Of a stretch of DNA of 64,000 nt, positions 60,555 through 64,000 are shown piece by piece. The notes beneath the pieces were generated by a model. It had not been told where the DNA came from, did not search any database, and was given only the letters and a program-made list of their open reading frames with translations. This DNA is from Bdellovibrionota bacterium. GTDB lineage: Bacteria; Bdellovibrionota; UBA1018; CAIPTA01; JAALKR01. The stretch lies in NCBI GenBank assembly GCA_965207455.1, contig CBDBMJ010000001.1:1696001-1760000 (forward strand). Reading direction: 5' to 3'. Made by a program: the position numbers and the translations under genes. How positions within the stretch are numbered: position 1 is the first letter of the stretch; every line of letters begins with the position of its first letter.

Positions 60555-60779
60555 TTAGTAGTCAAATTTATAAACGCACCAGTTATCGTTTTCGTTCCCC
60601 TCGCTACCGGTGGCAGGGTCACATTCATACTGTTGAGCAAGAATATTCTCTGCTCCTTGAGCGACGGTTTTTGATTTATATTTGCCTAAGATGACCCAAT
60701 TTTTAAGGTTTGGGTGTTGTTTTTCCCAGTATTCTTTGCGACCTTTAGGATCAGTTGTCATTCCAATTCTGCAAGCCAT
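60555..60779 (-). CDS. Small protein, minimal GIY-YIG-like
   Basis: CRIGMTTDPKGRK...AQGAE...WCVY; GAG RBS-like sequence upstream. Confidence 0.55.
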   Translation of the reverse strand: MACRIGMTTDPKGRKEYWEKQHPNLKNWVILGKYKSKTVAQGAENILAQQYECDPATGSEGNENDNWCVYKFDY

Positions 60780-60850
60780 ATTTACTTACTCTTTTTTACT
60801 AATTGCCCTAGAGATAATGTGGCTTGATTCAAGATTCTGCACATATAGTA

Positions 60851-61657
60851 TCATCCATCATATTTTACCTCTAGCATATCCTTGGCAGCAGCAGTTGTGC
60901 AGCCAAAAAAGGCGCTCTTCGTTTCTTCTTTTAAAGATTCAATCTCTGTTAACAGCTCCTCTTCATTCAAATCATAAAAATCATTATTTTGAAATGTTCT
61001 AATACCTGTAGTCTCAACAGGAGTCAATATTTGATCATCAAGAAGTTGAGCTCTAAAATTTAAGCTTAACTTTGTACTCTCTTCTTTGCCCTTAAAATTA
61101 AATTGCGCTGTAATACCAGAAACAGGTATTTGATCACCATTAATTTTCACACTACAGTTCAGATCAAAATAATGCCCGAGATTTTCAGATTTAGGAATAA
61201 AAAACATATTTACATATCTAAAAACTACTCGTCGGACTTTGAAAAGATTATTTTCATCTATTATCCTTGATACATCAATAATATCTTTTTCTAAGTCACT
61301 TTTATAGGATTTATACGGTTTATCGGAGATATCATGGAGGGTATGAAAGGCTAGAAAATGATTTCCTAGCCTTAAAACCTTTCTATTACCCTGAGATTTT
61401 TCCCAAGATATTTCTCTGTCCCAAAATGGTTCAAACTTCCTTTTATCGCCTGTTCCTATAGGAACCAATAACCTTGAAGTGGTTTTAAATGGAATTCTCT
61501 TTTTTCTGAAAAATTTTTTTTCTATATTAAAAGAAAGAGATCCTATCTTGTCATGTAAAGCCCGTTCACTTGCTTCACTGCTAGGCTCTCCTTCAAGAGT
61601 TGCCCAGACTTCTGCTAAATTAGACTTGGCACATTTATTGACTCTACTCACATTCAT
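60851..61657 (-). CDS. TIGR04255-like protein
   Basis: SNLAEVWATL, PYKSYKS, VRRVVFRYVNMF and LKEETKSAFF resemble the family pattern (RIGLRYIN). Confidence 0.55.
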   Translation of the reverse strand: MNVSRVNKCAKSNLAEVWATLEGEPSSEASERALHDKIGSLSFNIEKKFFRKKRIPFKTTSRLLVPIGTGDKRKFEPFWDREISWEKSQGNRKVLRLGNHFLAFHTLHDISDKPYKSYKSDLEKDIIDVSRIIDENNLFKVRRVVFRYVNMFFIPKSENLGHYFDLNCSVKINGDQIPVSGITAQFNFKGKEESTKLSLNFRAQLLDDQILTPVETTGIRTFQNNDFYDLNEEELLTEIESLKEETKSAFFGCTTAAAKDMLEVKYDG

Positions 61658-61704
61658 ACCCTCTAAATTTTAGTATCAAGCTAAAATTAATCTTACGAAA
61701 GCAG

Positions 61705-61869
61705 CTAATCGCCATTTTTGAATCTTATAGCTCTTCTTGATGCAAGGGCGATGGAAACAGGAACTGTAAGCTTAACCTTTGACCAATCGCCATCTTTTGC
61801 TGTCTTCTTTGCGCCTGATGGAGCAGGTTTCTTTTTTCTTTTTGCTCCGACTGTACTTTTTTTTGCCAT
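61705..61869 (-). CDS. Small Lys/Ala-rich basic protein (paralog)
   Basis: MAKKSTVGAKRKKKPAPSGAKKTAKDGDWSKVKLTVPVSIALASRRAIRFKNGD. Confidence 0.75.
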   Translation of the reverse strand: MAKKSTVGAKRKKKPAPSGAKKTAKDGDWSKVKLTVPVSIALASRRAIRFKNGD

Positions 61870-62286
61870 AACCCTATTTTCCCCTCTATCTAAACTATTG
61901 TAAAACAAAACGTAAACACAGACAATGTTCTCAGAACCTACGCCACAATCAATTCCCCACTTTACCTCGTTCACCTGTTACTCGCAAGCGCAGCAATGCT
62001 TGAAAGCTGTTTTTCATTATCATTTAGTTCTTCCCGATTCTAATCACTTATTTTATGCGCTGGCACTAGGTAGCATCAGGCGCATAAGCCACTCACTTTC
62101 CTTGTTGCGGCTTCGTATTACAGCAGCTACGATTCTCCAGAGTTCAGAGTTCATGGATTCGGTGTGATGCGAAACCAACAAGTACTTAATATTATTTAAG
62201 AATTAATTTTAGCGGGCTTAAAAGCACGCTACACTTACTACTATGTACGGTCATGTTCAGTATATAGTGTAAGCTGTCTCCGGATA

Positions 62287-62322
62287 GTTTTCCTTTTTTT
62301 TGCGACGGAATTCAGGAACACA
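62287..62322. repeat. Recurring intergenic site, copy D (left half)
   Basis: GTTTTCC-T-run-GCGACGGAATTCAGGAACACA, 30 nt downstream of the second LmuB-like gene. Confidence 0.88.
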
Positions 62323-62352
62323 TCGACGACGACTACTGCGATTTAGGATTGT

Positions 62353-64000
62353 TTAATATCTTATCCCGAGCAGGCTTCCTTCTGGTCCTTCATCTGTAAG
62401 ACGCAGTTTAATATAGTCATCAAAATTAAACTCACTACTAAAATCGGAGTGAGGAATCATGTCGGAGTTAATGGTCATGATATATTGAAAATTGTACTCT
62501 TTTGATTTTTTAGCGACTTGTTCTATAGCATGTGCGATTTGACGCTGATCAACTCCCTCATAAATAATGCTGTCATGGACGAGAAAATCGATATTTCTTC
62601 CTAGTATCACTTGCATGCAGATGATCATAAGATCGTAACAAAATGTTTTCATTTTACCAATGCCACCGCCGCGACCACCTGGGATATCAACATCGAAGTG
62701 ATATCCTTTATCAGAAATATTGATAACAAATTCCCCAGGTACACCATAAAGAGCCGTAGCTGTTTCGTTGAAGAGCTTAATAGACTGCTCCCAAAATGCT
62801 CTTTTCTCTTCGTAGTCAATAGTAGCTTTCTTGTCGAGTTCCAATCTATCTAACTGAATATCCTTGCGCTTAAGTTTTTTATCTTTAATATCCTCAATGC
62901 TCTTTTTAATATTTTCAACTTTTCCAACGATTTTAGTGTGCTGTTCCTGCAGAAGAGAGTATTCTTCAAGTGCACCATGCGTTTTTAAAATTTCCATGCA
63001 CTCTGAACGTTCGTCTGTTAGTTTTTTAATCAACAGTTCATGTTTGCTTATATTATTTTCTATCTGTGTAATTTCGCTACCTAAAAATGAAGCACGATTA
63101 CTTATAATTTTTTCGTGGAAGAGATTAGCTTCTTCCAATGTTTTCTTAATAGCATTATGAAATACCAATCCTGCTTCTTTATAAATCTTCTCAAGTTTTA
63201 TTTTTTCAGGTACTTTTTCTTCAACAATAGCGTTTTTGTAATGCCTTAGTTTTTGATTATCTAATATATTCTGATTGGCTTGCTGGTGAACCTCAGAAGT
63301 CAATTTATTGGCTTTGACCTGAATATCTTTATACTGCTCGTGAACCTTGAAATTAGAAAGAATCTTTCTGCCTTTCTCTAACTCCTGCTCAAGTGCCACT
63401 TTTTTTGCCTCCAGCACGCCTTGTGTCTCATATAAACCTTCTTTAATCATTCTATCCAAATCTTTTAGCTGTTTATCTTTTTTGTATAAAGCAGTCCATT
63501 TTTCAGCATATTGGGAGTTCAAGCCTACAAAAAAGGTATTATATATATGTGCAACATTATTCGCTTGGGCTGCAAAAAACTTTAATGGCGTAGTGTAAGC
63601 CTCATTGCTGGAACGAATAAAATAAGATAGCATGCTTCTCATAGATATTTTGCTTGTTTTTGGTATGGAAAAAAGAGCTAAGCCCAAAAGCTCCTTCCAT
63701 TTTTCTAAAGTTAAAACGTATGTGTTTGTCTCTTCGTCCAGTTCTGGTATGATCGACCAGCCTTTTATTTCCCGATCGAAAAAAATATGCTTTGGATTAT
63801 CAGTTTTTCTTGTTGCGCGAACTCTCTCTTTCAAAAGAGTAATATCGATTGTAAAGCTCCACTCTTTCAAATCATCAATACATATACTGCTTCTTGCAGC
63901 ATCACTACCGAGGCAAAAATTAATTATTGACACCAGTGTTGACTTACCTCTGCTATTAACTGTTTTCTGACTGTCGGAGTGAGCATCGCGATCTGCAACA
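62353..64000 (-). CDS. Second Lamassu/ABC-3C SMC-like ATPase (DUF2326); 5' end outside the window
   Basis: Frame open to the window end (…KTVNSRGKSTLVSIINFCLG, Walker A); SYFIR, coiled coil, GGGIGKMKTFCYD, FLVHDSIIYEGVDQRQ. Confidence 0.88.
   Translation of the reverse strand, partial: VADRDAHSDSQKTVNSRGKSTLVSIINFCLGSDAARSSICIDDLKEWSFTIDITLLKERVRATRKTDNPKHIFFDREIKGWSIIPELDEETNTYVLTLEKWKELLGLALFSIPKTSKISMRSMLSYFIRSSNEAYTTPLKFFAAQANNVAHIYNTFFVGLNSQYAEKWTALYKKDKQLKDLDRMIKEGLYETQGVLEAKKVALEQELEKGRKILSNFKVHEQYKDIQVKANKLTSEVHQQANQNILDNQKLRHYKNAIVEEKVPEKIKLEKIYKEAGLVFHNAIKKTLEEANLFHEKIISNRASFLGSEITQIENNISKHELLIKKLTDERSECMEILKTHGALEEYSLLQEQHTKIVGKVENIKKSIEDIKDKKLKRKDIQLDRLELDKKATIDYEEKRAFWEQSIKLFNETATALYGVPGEFVINISDKGYHFDVDIPGGRGGGIGKMKTFCYDLMIICMQVILGRNIDFLVHDSIIYEGVDQRQIAHAIEQVAKKSKEYNFQYIMTINSDMIPHSDFSSEFNFDDYIKLRLTDEGPEGSLLGIRY

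Overview
Bacterial chromosome segment. The gene styles suggest a Bdellovibrionota/Oligoflexia-like or other deltaproteobacteria-like organism, and the abundance of eukaryote-like repeat proteins (Sel1, RCC1, LRR/DUF285, pentapeptide, Ig-like) suggests a host-associated lifestyle; both points are inference. Core blocks: a purine operon on the minus strand (purF-C-D-N-L-Q-H-M), tyrS, zapA-ygfA, rplM-rpsI, trmL-asnS-pepA, wcaJ-like/lptF, pilW/rodZ-like and a DAHP synthase. Accessory blocks: (i) a ~9.5 kb element integrated at tRNA-Asn, bounded by 16-bp direct repeats, carrying an integrase, an excisionase, a decayed Replic_Relax-like gene, a PIN-like plus nucleotide-cyclase-like gene pair and an Ig/DUF285 lipoprotein; (ii) tandem secreted paralogs sharing a 94-nt near-identical 3' element, then IS66 and IS630 remnants; (iii) a decayed Panacea toxin-antitoxin pair; (iv) a >13 kb island from ~50.9 kb in which Sel1-repeat genes alternate with defence genes (DprA/ShosA-like, two Lamassu/ABC-3C systems, TIGR04255-like). 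Island (iv) is punctuated by a recurring non-coding site and a recurring small basic peptide gene and is the best candidate for an undescribed cassette-like system. Three genes, including tyrS, appear to lack a canonical start codon. All family calls come from motif recognition by eye; no searches were run.
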